Below are positions 26,615 through 38,353 of a stretch of DNA of 64,000 bases, one piece after another. The stretch is from positions 25,174,051-25,238,050 of the forward strand of contig CM119264.1 in assembly GCA_051294375.1 (NCBI GenBank), read 5' to 3'. The notes under the pieces were generated by a model. It saw only the letters and a program-made list of their open reading frames with translations, did no database searches and had not been told where the DNA came from. The stretch comes from Paraspadella gotoi. Its lineage: Eukaryota; Animalia; Chaetognatha. The first letter of the stretch is position 1. Every line of letters starts with the position of its first letter. The translations under genes were made by a program, and so were the position numbers.

Positions 26615-28747
26615 AGAAGAGAAGAGTCGACTTGAATCGCCGACCGCTCAGCAATAGTTGATCTTCTCCAAAATCTTCCTCGGAGTTTGGAAAGTGCGCA
26701 AACCGAATTCTCCGCTTGACGGAAATCTTGCAGAGACTCTCCGGGCCTGATGGTCAAGTAGAAGATCTGGACCAAATTGAAGGGCAATCAGTCCGTGGGA
26801 TGTCTCTGTCGTGGAAAGGATTGCTGATTCTTACATTACTACTTGACGATNNNNNNNNNNNNNNNNNNNNNNNNNTAATTGAATAATTTATAAGGTTGAA
26901 TACGTGATTAATTTTAGTGATTTGAGGCTAAAATGACATTTTATGTAAATAATTCATATATTACCCCAGGGCTTTCAAAGACCCTCTTCTTGGCGTGTTG
27001 CCAGTGGCCCCCGATCTTCGCGTTAACGACGACATCCTGCTCCTCCAAATGAGGTTTGATGTAGAGAGCGACGTCGGAACCCGAGGAGCATTTCAAGTTT
27101 AGTTCCAGACTGAAAATCGTCGGGAATAAATTAGAGTTTGATTTCTCTCTCTCTCTCATCGTATTCTCGTCTCTGATTATGTTCGTCTCTCTCTCATCTC
27201 TCTCTTCTCTCTTTTCTCTCGGATCTCTCTTTCTTCTCTCTTATCTCTCCTCTCTCTCGATTCTCTTCTCTCTCGCCCCCGCCCATTAACTAGAATGAAA
27301 ATGTTTATCTTTCTCTTTCTCTCTCTCTTTTCCCAAATATAATGATTTATAATTTAATTATTGTTGTTTGTATTCAAAAAGTATAAAAAAAGTTTTGAAT
27401 TGTAGAGTGCCCTAAAAATTTTGGTCACCTCTTGGGCGGGCCTTTCTTGGTCTCCACCGGCATTCCGCTGATCATGATCATCCTTCCCGGATAAAGTCCG
27501 AGCGGAATTCTGGCGACGAACGGAACGTCGGGTTTGAAGAAGGAGTTGACGAGGAGCGAGTAGAGAGGCGGCGCCATCGGAAGTCCGTACGAAGGAGGCA
27601 CGCCCCCTCGCGCGTCGATCGCCACGATGTAGATGTCGCCGCTGACCTNNNNNNNNNNNNNNNNNNNNNNNNNNNNNNNNNNNNNNNNNNNNNNNNNNNN
27701 NNNNNNNNNNNNNNNNNNNNNNNNNNNNNNNNNNNNNNNNNNNNNNNNNNNNNNNNNNNNNNNNNNNNNNNNNNNNNNNNNNNNNNNNNNNNNNNNNNNN
27801 NNNNNNNNNNNNNNNNNNNNNNNNNNNNNNNNNNNNNNNNNNNNNNNNNNNNNNNNNNNNNNNNNNNNNNNNNNNNNNNNNNNNNNNNNNNNNNNNNNNN
27901 NNNNNNNNNNNNNNNNNNNNNNNNNNNNNNNNNNNNNNNNNNNNNNNNNNNNNNNNNNNNNNNNNNNNNNNNNNNNNNNNNNNNNNNNNNNNNNNNNNNN
28001 NNNNNNNNNNNNNNNNNNNNNNNNNNNNNNNNNNNNNNNNNNNNCGGTCGGTTTAAGTCATGCATGTAGCGGCGGGGGGGTTGTTTCGTCGCGGTAGGGC
28101 GGGTTGTGTTTTGTTCTGTGCGTGTAAATCCAGTTTAAAATCCAAATTAAAACTTAAAAAAATTTAAACAAACAAATCTTGAAAACGTCATTTGTTGTTA
28201 AAATGTTCTCACGAACGAGACTGCATTCTTTCGGCGCTGTAACGAGTCGAGTCTGATTTTCAGAAAAAAAAGAGCATTCGGATTCTCACCGGTTATCTCT
28301 TTGTCGGCGTGAAGGTTTCTACGCGTGACGATAGAATCGACGAAGTTGGTTTCGATCTCAAGCGGAACGCAGAGGTCGAAATCTGAAGCTGGAATTGATG
28401 TCGAAAATATGTATGAACTACGTGATTAATCGGGAGATGCAGTTGAACGATTACAAGTCTGAGGATTGAATTATTTTATGCTGGCATTAATTATACAGTA
28501 GAATTTAAGAATTGTCTTTCTGCATTTTTAAAAACAATCTTGCTTGGAAACAAAACAAATTCGGTATGCTTCTTACATTGATTGCCTTCTCCTCCTGGTG
28601 CTTTTTCTCACCTGCCGCCTTCATGCTGTTTTGGATGCAACGAAGGGCGACCAAGAATCCTTGCGACTCTGGTGAACAGAATCCCTGAAGGAAGAGCATC
28701 TTCCCGCCCGCCATCCCGTCCTTGATGTTGGCGTGAAATGGAACCGC
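22319..28747 (-). CDS. Tandem-repeat (two-CRD) galectin-fold protein with degenerate carbohydrate-binding motifs
   Basis: Exons 28747-28612 (AVPFHANIKDGMAGGKMLFLQG), 28382-28290, one exon probably lost in the gap (error-rich copies at about 26630-26830 and 29465-29660, PF..Q.F.LTI...FKISV), about 27646-27429 (GDIYIV...KPDVPFVARIPLGLYPGRMIMISG), 27109-26965 (SDVALYIKPHL...VVNA...HW), 23043-22922, 22777-22667 (FSLVIFCEPDGFKLGINGQHFVSYSHRL), 22376-22319 (IDTLTVDGDLRIHSIRFQ*). These match galectin beta-sandwich patterns and the phases are compatible. Confidence 0.8.
22781..22836. repeat. 19-bp tandem repeat CAAATTGGCAAGCAGTT(A/C)A x3 at a galectin acceptor
   Basis: Read directly. Confidence 0.8.
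23264..23470 (+). mobile_element. tRNA-derived SINE-like element in a galectin intron
   Basis: GC-rich island with A-box TGGCTCATTGAG and B-box GGTTCAATC at tRNA-like spacing; GACCCGG/CCGGTTC acceptor-like ends, then a non-tRNA body. The anticodon arm does not pair cleanly. Confidence 0.5.
24211..25443 (+). CDS. SLC35G/EamA (DMT superfamily)-like multi-pass membrane transporter, 2 exons, nested in a galectin intron
   Basis: Exons 24211-24791 and 25017-25443 (1008 nt, 335 aa). Many hydrophobic segments. GDAVTL...LLTFVGAVLIYKPTFVFG and AVFSTLEIPVTYALGFFFLHQQP...GAALI resemble the two EamA repeats of SLC35G1. The acceptor appears to be CG (see findings). Confidence 0.75.
26851..26875. other. 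25-N assembly gap (others of 25 N at 31455, 52800, 63907; longer gaps at 27649, 39709, 40329, 55122, 57199)
   Basis: N runs; fixed 25-N gaps with duplicated flanks are typical of long-read gap-filling output. Confidence 0.9.
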
Positions 28748-30459
28748 CTGGACATTTAAAAAAAGTTGACATCGATGATGTAAGTATAAAATTGGTCTTA
28801 AAAATACAAAAAAATATCCATTTATTTAATAAATAGGAAGTCTTACCTCCAAACTTTGATTTGGTATGTAAGATGTCTCAAAAATGTAAAGTTTAATTGA
28901 TTTTGATTGATTTATCTATTATTTCCAAAAACGGATGGTCACTCTCTCGACCAACCGCATTACTTGAAATGGAAACAGGAAAATAGGGAATTGAAAATCA
29001 CATAATGTCGGATCACGTCAAGGAAATAGGGCAGAATCTTGACCGGAAGAAAAAAAAGGAGGGCCAAGCCAACAACAACAAGAACATGGCGGGGCATTCC
29101 GCTGATCATGAATCATCCTTCCCGGATAAAGTCCGAGCGAATTCTGGCGACGAACGGAACCGTTCGGGTTTTGAAGAAGGACGGTTGACGAGGAGCGAGT
29201 AGAGAGGGCGGCCCAGCCATCGGAAGCTCCGTACGAGGGGAGGGGCACGCCCCCTCGCTGCGTCGATCGCCACGATGTAGAATGTCGCCCGCTGACATCT
29301 TTGGGTGGAGAGAATAATTAATTAATAAGACGACTTTAAATATTTCCATAATTGTTAAGAAACCAGCTCTATTTGATTTTGAGATAATCTTCGTGTCACT
29401 TTACAAGCAGGCAAGAAAATATTAACAAGAGGAGGAGACAGAGAGGAGAGAGAGTCAGAGTGACCGGACCGACCTCGCAATAGTTTGATCTTCTCCAAAT
29501 CTTCCTCGGAGTTGGGAAAGTCGCAAAAAGAATTCTCCGTTTTACGGAAATCTTGAAATAGACCTCTCCGCTGGCCATGATGGTCAAGTAGAAGATCTAC
29601 CCAAATTTGAAGGGCATCAGTCCGGTGGTCTCTGTCGTGGAAAGGATGTGTGTACCGTACATTAGCTATTGACTGATGAATTGGAGTAAGTTTCAAATTT
29701 GAAATATAAAGTAGATCTCTTTCGGCATTATATTTTGTCAGTATGATAAAAAAATTAACTAATAAATCAAAATTACAGTTTTTAAATCCAGTTAAAATCC
29801 AAATTAAACTTTACAAATTTCTAACAACAAATCTGAAAACGTCATTTGTTTTTAAAATTACTATTCTCACGAACGAGACTGCATTCTTTCGGCGCTTGAA
29901 CGCAGTCGAGTCTGATTTTCAGGAAAAAAAAGAGCATTCGGATTCTCACCGGTTATCTCTTTGTCGGCGTGAAGGTTTCTACGCGTGACGAATAGAATCG
30001 ACGAAGTTGGTTTCGATCTTCAACGCGAACGCAGAGGTCGAAATCTGAAGCTGAATTGCATGTCGAAAAATATGTATGAACTACGTGATTAATCGGGAGA
30101 TGCAGTTGAACGATTACAAGTCTGAGGATTGAATTATTTTATGCTGTGGCATTAATTTACAGTAAGAATTTTTAAGAAATTGTCTTCTGCATTTTTAAAA
30201 ACAATCTTGCTTGGAAACAAAACAAATTCGGTACGCTTCTTAATAGTTGCAATTGCCTGCCTCCTCCTGGTGCTTTTTCTCACCTGCCCCTTCATTGCTG
30301 GTCTGTTGGATGCAACGAAGGGCGACCACAGAAATCCTTGCGACTCTGGTGAACAGAAATCCTGAAGGAAGAGCATCTTCCGCCCCGCCATCCGTCCTTG
30401 ATGTTGGCGTGAAATGGAACCGCCTGGACATTTAAAAAAAGTTTGACATCGATGATGTA

Positions 30460-31095
30460 CTATCTAGGAAAAAAGTTAGAAACATTTTTAAATTGAGGAT
30501 ATCTACTCAAAAACTTGCTCGATTTTTAAAAAAATCAGGATGTTTCAGATTCTACACTAAATTTCTTTCAGTTGTTTCCTTCCATTTTTTTTCGTAGATC
30601 CAACTGTATAGAAGTTAGAGGCAAAATAAGATTGCTACCTCAAGTGAAAAATGGCGGAAAAAAATCGCCTTTAGTTTTCCACAATTCTTGGTAATTGAGT
30701 TTATTTGTTTCTATTTCAAATTGAGATTAGTTATTTTTTTCATTTTTTTTAAAATTTTGGTTATGCCGAATAGACAGCCCCTCTCTTTGGTTCATAAAGG
30801 TGCAATTGTAGCTCTGAGAAAAGAGGGAAAGACGCAACAATTCATTCAAGCAATAGACTTGGAATCCCACGTTCAACCATATGCAAATTTTTTTACGGCG
30901 ATACAACAAATCAAAAACATTTTCACCTTCGTACCTCAATTCGCTTTACGAGAGCATGCCCAGACGAATGCACGAGTGGTCGATCGCCGAGGGAGGGCAT
31001 ACCAAATATTGAGAATGTTTTACCCATGTTTTGTTATATTTTTATTGAATAAATGAACTTTTTAAAAAAATGTTTCTACTTTTTTCACTAGATAG
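30460..31095 (+). mobile_element. Internally deleted Tc1/mariner element (second copy at about 41460-42043)
   Basis: TIRs CTATCTAGGAAAAAAGTTAGAAACATTTTT / AAAAATGTTTCTA..TTTTTTC.CTAGATAG, TA TSD, empty site GATGATG-TA-AGTAT at about 28775-28787. Contains the transposase HTH start (MPNRQPLSLVHKGAIVALRKEGKTQ) joined to a frameshifted C-terminus (ESMPRRM...GGHTKY). Confidence 0.85.
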
Positions 31096-34000
31096 TAAGT
31101 ATAAAATTGTCTTAAAAATACAAAAAATATCCATTTATTTAATAAATAGGAAGTCTTACCTCCAAACTTTGATTTGGTATTGTAAGATGTCTCAAAAATG
31201 TAAAGTTTTATTTGATTTTGAATTGATCTATCTATTATTTCCAAAAACGGATGGTCACTCTCTCGACCAACCGCATTACTTGAAATGGAAACAGGAAAAT
31301 AGGGGAATTAAAATCACATAATGTCGGATCACGTCAAGGAAATAGGGCAGAATCTTGACCGGAAGAAAAAAAAGGAGGGCCAAGCCAACAACAACAAGAA
31401 CATGGCGGTGAGGATTTTGGGCAAATTGGATGCGCGGCAGCATACGAGCAGCGANNNNNNNNNNNNNNNNNNNNNNNNNACAAACGAAATAACATGGGCG
31501 TAGGATGTTGGGGCAAATTGGGATGCCCCGCAGCAGAGCGAGAGCGACGAGAGAGAGAGAAAAACAGGAGAGAAGAGAGAGAGAGCAGAGAGAGCGGAGA
31601 GAGAGAGATAGGAGAGAGGAGGAGCGAATGAGAGACGATAGAGATAGAGAGAGAAGGAGAGAGAGAGAAGAAAGAGTAGTAGAATAACCATCTGTTATTT
31701 TAATTTAACATACCGAAAGCTCTTAAGGATTACAGATATGAACCAAGGATATTAAAAATATTGGAATTATTTTGACAAACATATAGCTTTTAATTCCCAA
31801 AAGGGGAAAAAAAATATAAAATAATGATAGCATTTTAAGCAAGCAACTATTAGTAACAATTATTGGTTCCAAACACCCCTTATTTCCAAAGACAAAACCC
31901 ACTAACGTCCCTATCCTAACAGAAAAAAATTATATTATATTGTAGGAAGGACCAAAAATAGTAATAATAAAGAGTGAACCGAGAAGGTGAAGAATTGGGA
32001 ATTTTCACGATGTAAGAACACCACCACAAAAAATATCTTTAACCAATAAAAAAAATTATTGTGTTTTTTTTTTTTCCCTTCTGTTTCGTTTTGTGATTTG
32101 ATTTAGACACAAAAATTGAAGAGAGATTAAACAACGATTTTTATATTCATAGTGGAAACGGACATGTTTCGACTCCCACATACGAGTCTAGTCTCAGCGC
32201 CGAATTCAATAATGTGAGTATGTGAGTCGGAAAACATTGTCCGTTTCACTAATGAAATAAAAATCGTTGTTAAAATCTCTCTTCAAACTTTTCTAAACCA
32301 ATAAATAAAATCAGAAAAATAGTTTATTTTAAACTATAAAAATAAAAAAATAAAGTATAGATGAGACAAGATAATTTATAAGTCAACTTTCATATTAAAT
32401 ACTGCACGTCCAAGTCAGCATAGGGACATATAAACACCAGCGCGCAACCGAGTTCCGTGGTTGCGTGGGCAACCAAGAATCTAGAAATTTTCCCGGTTTT
32501 CCTTCTTCCATGAATTTTAGATGGCAGCCCTCGTGTTTTCCTCATCCAAAACTGAAATCCATTAACCTTTTCATTTCTTAACTATATTTAAAAAGGAAAA
32601 GAAAAAACCATAAACAAACACAAACACAAACAATCAGAGATTTTCTTTAGTAAAAACTTTTTCAAAAGGAATAACTTTTTATGTAATTCCGACACATATC
32701 AGAAAGTTAACATCTGACACATAATTGTTGAGACGGCTCCCGGGCCTTGTAACGGCGTCCAGGGACGCGTCAGACCAGAAGCTCTTTATTTTAAATGAAG
32801 CCGAGAATGTTTGTCTACCAAACTGTGAATTTTGTTTTTTATCGGCCCGTGCGTGTTTTCAAGATTGCATCAATTTCCTCTGAAGCGCGCGCCGTCAAGT
32901 CATTGGCCGCAATTCTAGCAAAATCATATGAACCAAGAAGGGCACCAGCATTACTCTATAGTATTTTTTGAAGCTAAATATTAGCCGTCCATCTATTTAT
33001 CACGTAATACAAAGAGTAAAGTCTGGAGGATACTCTCAAGCAGCACAAAAAGGGCAGGGAGACCAAAAAGGAAGAATTAGGACAAGATAAGCAAGTTGAC
33101 CAGAGCCAAGTTCGACGCTGTTCAGCAGAATCAGATCCGAAGCATCACGGCGGGAAGGTCGCTACGCCACATTTCACTAGAAAATCGTGACTTTTTTTGG
33201 TTCAACTTGTTTGTCTGTATTTAGTTAACGTTATTAGTATTAAAAAATATATTTTGTATTTTATTTATTTATAATAAAATCTTATAAATTTAACACATTC
33301 AATCTTGCTCAATAATTTATGTGTCAGATGTTAGTCTGTTTCTCACTATTTTAGATCAGTCAATCGTTATTATATATTTTATGTTATACTTTTTTGTTTT
33401 AACGACTAATTTAAGTTGATAGGCATCGTCTATTATATCAGTCTATTGACAGTTTACAATTTATATTTATATTATATATTTTTATTGTTTTTAAGTTAAG
33501 TTTAGGATCGTCTATTATATATCTAGAACATAAGTAGATTCAGCCCGAGCAGCAGGTACGCCAGCTTTTATGGCATCTCAACAACACCGTTATTATCTTA
33601 CGATCATCAGAAGAGCCCGCTGTATTTCCCCAAAAAGCCTCTTTAATCGTCGGCCGGAGTAGTCTGCTACATCCGGGTCCTGGAGGCGATTCTTTGGCGA
33701 CGATCAATTGAAATGAATTTTTGAGGAGGAAAAGAGAAGAATGAAGAAAAATGGAGAAAATGTTGCATCATTAATGGAATCGGAAAAGTAAGGAGAAGAG
33801 GGCGTGGCGATAGGGTGGTTGATAAAGACAAAGTAGGTAGAATTGAGGAGTTGGAAATGAAAATTTAGAAATTGCTTTTTGGGTTAATGAACTTCATTTT
33901 TTAATGAAATTTACTGAAGAGAATTCAAAAATTAATATTTGAAATATCTGAGAATAGTGACACCATAAGAAGTAATTGAGTGAATTCGGTGGGGGCATGA

Positions 34001-36472
34001 GGACGTAAACACATGAATGAGAAAGCTATTAGTCTCGTCGCATAATCGAATAATGGTGCGTGCCAGGTACAAGAAAATAGACAAGCAAAGAAGGTTAATC
34101 ATCTCCAGGGCGAGGTGAGGTGGGTGAGGAATTAAAATAGAGGAGTGGGTAAGGGTCGTGGTTGGATAATCGCCTCGTGGCGGATTCCCACCTGAGCGGC
34201 GGAGCCGAGAACCTTTGACAATTTTGGCGCCTCGATGTCTAAGTATAATGATTGGTTCTCTATGTGATGTCGTCGTGACGGAGTTAATGGATGTCACCGA
34301 AAAACATTAATAACCGGTCATGAAGTAATACCCAGTGAATATTTAATCCTAATCATATCCATTATATTGAAAAAAAATAGAGTCGAATTATTATGATATG
34401 TTAATGATAATTTGATATTGGAATCAAAAGAAAAAACCAATTTTTTTAGGTATGAAATAAATTGACGTCTCAATTTTCTGAGCTCATCACCGTAGAAAAG
34501 AAAAAAAAAATACCAGATAACATTTTAATTGTGTAATATTTTATTGAACATCAGTTAATAAACTTAAGCTATAATGCGTAAACGTCTACCTTCTGTCAAG
34601 CTTAGTTTTTTTCTTCCATCAAAACAAAAATAATTTCGTTATGTATCATAAAATCTTCTCTTCTTTTGTTTTCCCCTTGAGTTTCGTGTTTGTTTTTTGT
34701 CTTCTTTTTTAATTCTTCGACGTGGTGGCCGCCATCTATTCAGCCCCAACATGGGGCGTCTTCGCGGCGCGATCGCCCGCAATGATTATGTGAAACCGAC
34801 GCATGATATCGAATTTTCGCCGAAATCGAGGTCAACCGGCGCGATGCCGGGATGGAGAACACAGGGGCACAGAAGTGTCCCGTGGGGGGAGGTGGGGTTT
34901 GGTTTTGAAATAGAAGAAGAGTTTGGAATTGAGAGCGAAAGTGAATTGAGGGAGTGCGGAGAACGGGAAAATCGTAGATTCGGAGTTACGAGCTTGGACA
35001 ATGGACAGAAACAAAAAAAAACAAAAAAAACCAAAATAGCAAGAAAAGAGAATTTTTGTTCCACAAAGAGTCGGAAAAATTTTTTTTTTCCTGCAACAAT
35101 AAAAGGAGACAATTTGACAATTTAAGACAATAAGAAGATTTAAACGATATTAAAAACGGATGAGGTATTGCAGCGCAAGGTAGAAAAATGCACTAATGCA
35201 CTAACAAATAAAATTCCAAAACCCAATTATTGGATTATAATTTTTTCAGTGCGGACGATTGTGGCAAATTTGGAAAAGTATAGTATAATCAATGAAAAAT
35301 CGATGATGAATAATTAGCATACACTAGCCCATTTTGCAATTTTTTTCACAGGCTGGGCCATGTCAACAAAAGTGTTGGGCAAATCAGAAAAAATCTAAAA
35401 CTATGATTTATTGTATTCAATAACAGTAATAAATATCTTACTGCGTACCCCGTATATCAACCCTCAGTGCGTTACACGAGATAGGATGGGTGATGATGTT
35501 GTTTATTTAAGAAGTTTTGGTAAACGACGACGGAACCAAACAGATGGACGGGAAACAACGGAGAAAAGAAAAACAACGGAGGAAAGGAAAAACGGAGAAA
35601 ACCCAAAAACAGAGGAAAAGAAACAATAGTAGAATGCGCCCACCGGAAAAAACATAACCTGCGGTGCGACTGTCACCAGCGGTCAAAAAAAGGCAAAGAA
35701 AATCGGAAAAAAGGAAAACGGGATAGTGAAAAATGATCCCTACCAGCCAAACCCAGACCTCTCTCGCCACCCACCAAAACACAATTCGAATTGTTTTTTT
35801 TTACTGCAAAACCCGCACGAACAGACCAACGAAAAGAGGTCCATATAATTAAACCGCTCAAATTAACCGTCCTGCCGATATAACTGACGATGAGAGTAAT
35901 CACTTGGTCATAATAAAATCTGATAAGTGAACGTTACTATCACGTAACCAATTAGAATAAGGACATTCGTATGACAGCAATTATAAGCATAATGCCGCAA
36001 CTGGAGATAAAAGTATGATTTATAAAAGAACGATCCTGGGTAGATTATGGTCAGTATGTCCTTTGAAGAAGTGACCGGCTGGTAAACACGTAACACAGGA
36101 AATCTTGAAGATTAGGAGAGAAGTAGAACCGAGAAAAGTTTACAGACAAGGATGAGACAGAAAGACAAAAAAGAATGGGGCAACGTATATAGAGAGACTC
36201 TTCATCATCATGATAACGATATATTCGAACAATTTATCTTAACAACTGGATTAATTAAAAGTTAAATGTAAGAAAGAAAAATACAGAGACATTAACAAGA
36301 ATTAGAACAACATATTAATATAACTAATGCAGAAATAAGAGGGTGAGAAATGAGAATTAGAGTTACAACAAATCTTTTGCTGTGTAAGAAATACGAAATA
36401 TTTAAAAGATAGAAATATATTTTTAAAAGATATAAGTATTATTATACATATCAACAAAGATTTGTACCGAAG

Positions 36473-36504
<32 letters not shown>

Positions 36505-36879
36505 GAGAGAAGGAGAGAGAGAGAGAGAAAGAGAGTAGAATAACCATCTGTTATTTTAATTTAACATAACCGAAAGCTCTTAAAGGATTACAGATATGAA
36601 CCAAGGATATTAAAAATATGGAATTATGACAACATATAGCTTTTTAATTCCAAAAGGGGAAAAAATATAAATAATTATAGCATTTTTAAGGCAAATTAGT
36701 AACAATTATTGGTTCCAAACACCCCTTATTTCCAAAAGACAACACTAACGTCCCTATCCTAAACAGAAAAATTATATTATATTGTAGAAGACAAAAATAG
36801 TAATAATAAAAGTGACGAGAAGGTGAAGAATTTTCACGATGTAAGAACACCAACACAAAAATATTTTAACCAATAAATA

Positions 36880-37110
36880 TTGTGTTTTTTTTCCTTTCTG
36901 TTTCGTTGTGATTTGATTTAGACACAAAAATTGAAGAGAGATTAAACAACGATTTTTATATTCATAGTGGAAACGGACATGTTTCGACTCCCACATACGA
37001 GTCTAGTCTCAGCGCCGAATTCAATAATGTGAGTATGTGAGTCGGAAAACATTGTCCGTTTCACTAATGAAATAAAAATCGTTGTTAAAATCTCTCTTCA
37101 AACTTTTCTA
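36880..37110 (-). mobile_element. Fold-back hammerhead-like insertion with 12-bp TSD (second copy at about 32058-32295)
   Basis: TSD AACCAATAAATA (36868-36879 and 37111-37122); empty site at 42778-42789. The minus strand reads CGCTGAGACTA-GACTC-GTATGTGG-GAGTC-GAAACATGTCC inside long inverted arms. Confidence 0.65.
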
Positions 37111-37512
37111 AACCAATAAATAAAATCAGAAATAATAGTTTTTTTAAATCTAAAAAATAAAAAAAATAAAGTTAGTGAGACAAGTAATTTTTCAACATTC
37201 ATATTAAATACTGCACGTCCAAGTCAGCATATGGTGACATATAAACACAGCACGCAACCGAGTTCCGTGGTTGCGTGGCAACCAAGAATCTAGAAATTTT
37301 CCCGGTTTTCCTTCTTCCATGAATTTTAGATGGCAGCCCTCGTGTTTTCCTCATCCAAAAACTGAAATCCATTAACCTTTTATTTTCTTCTTATATTTAA
37401 AAAGGAAAAGAAAAAACCATAAACAAACACAACACAAACAATCAGAGATTTTCTTATAAAAACTTTTCAAAGGAATAACTTTTATGTAATTCCGACACAT
37501 ATCAGAAAGTTA

Positions 37513-38124
37513 ACATCTGACACATAATTGTTGAGACGGCTCCCGGGCCTGTAGACGGCGTCCAGGACCGTCGCCAGAAAGCTCTTTTTTTTAAATGAAG
37601 CCGAGAATGTTTGTCTACCAAACTGTGAATTTTTTTTTTATCGGCCCGTGTGTTTTCAAGATGCAGTCAATTTCCTCTGAAGCGCGCGCCGTCAAGTCAT
37701 TGCCCAATTCTAGCAAATCAATATGAAACAAGAAGGACCAGCATTTACTCTATAGTATTTTTTGAAGCTAAATATTAGCCGTCCATCTATTTATCACGTA
37801 ATACAAAGAGTAAAGTCTGGAGATACTCTCAAGCAGCACAAAAAGGTGCAGGGAGACCAAAAAGGAAGAATTGAGGACAAGATAAGCAAGTTGACCAGAG
37901 CCAAGTTCATCGCTGTTCATCAGATCAGTCAGACAGCATCACGCGGAAGGTCGCTACGCCACATTTCACTAGAAAATCGTGACTTTTTTTGGTTCAACTT
38001 GTTTGTCTGTATTTAGTTAACGTTATTAGTATTAAAAAATTATATTTTGTATTTATATTTATAATAAAATCTTATAAATTTTAACACATTCAATCTTTTG
38101 TCTCAATAATTATGTGTCAGATGT
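37513..38124 (+). mobile_element. Non-autonomous Tc1/mariner-superfamily element (copies at 32710-33331 and about 43168-43761)
   Basis: TIRs ACATCTGACACATAATTGTTGAGAC / GTCTCAATAATTATGTGTCAGATGT flanked by TA; internal HTH remnant LNISRPSIYHVIQRVKSG. Confidence 0.75.
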
Positions 38125-38179
38125 TAGTCTTTTTCTCACTATTTTAGATCAGTCAATCGTTAATTATATATTTTATATT

Positions 38180-38353
38180 GAGGCAAAAAGGTTTTTGTTT
38201 TACAACGAATTTTTTTATTTTTCATAGAAAAAGAAGGCTTGCAACTAAAGCCGAAACATGTCCGTTTTTTCTATGAAAAATAAAAAAATTCGTTGTAAAA
38301 CAAAAACCATTTTGCCTCAATACATAGAACAACGAAAAGAAAGGTTATTACCA
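38180..38353 (+). mobile_element. Fold-back hammerhead-like insertion with 14-bp TSD
   Basis: TSD ATATATTTTATATT (38166-38179 and 38354-38367); absent from the homologous copy near 43805. Inverted arms flank AAGAA-GGCTT-GCAACTA-AAGCC-GAAACATGTC, followed by a CAACGAAAAGAAAG tail. Confidence 0.65.

Larger units (their letters stand above)
25680..31410. repeat. Local duplications of galectin exon blocks (25680-26430 vs 26876-27648; 26230-26830 vs 29091-29660; 28130-29090 vs 29785-31410; another copy at 41030-42350)
   Basis: Near-identical segments differing mainly by 1-2 nt indels, abutting N gaps. Confidence 0.8.

Noticed and set aside
25680-27648. Galectin exon duplication as true internal domain expansion
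   Set aside because: The copies flank a 25-N gap and one is indel-ridden, so an over-filled gap artefact is the simpler explanation.
27478-28097. Long ORFs containing X runs (also near 39501, 40034, 55032, 57164)
   Set aside because: Artefacts of N gaps.
31355-31410. ACCGCC-ATG followed by hydrophobic MFLLLLAWPSFFFF, a possible signal peptide for the galectin
   Set aside because: Does not splice in frame to downstream exons as assembled, and consists of simple-repeat-like sequence.
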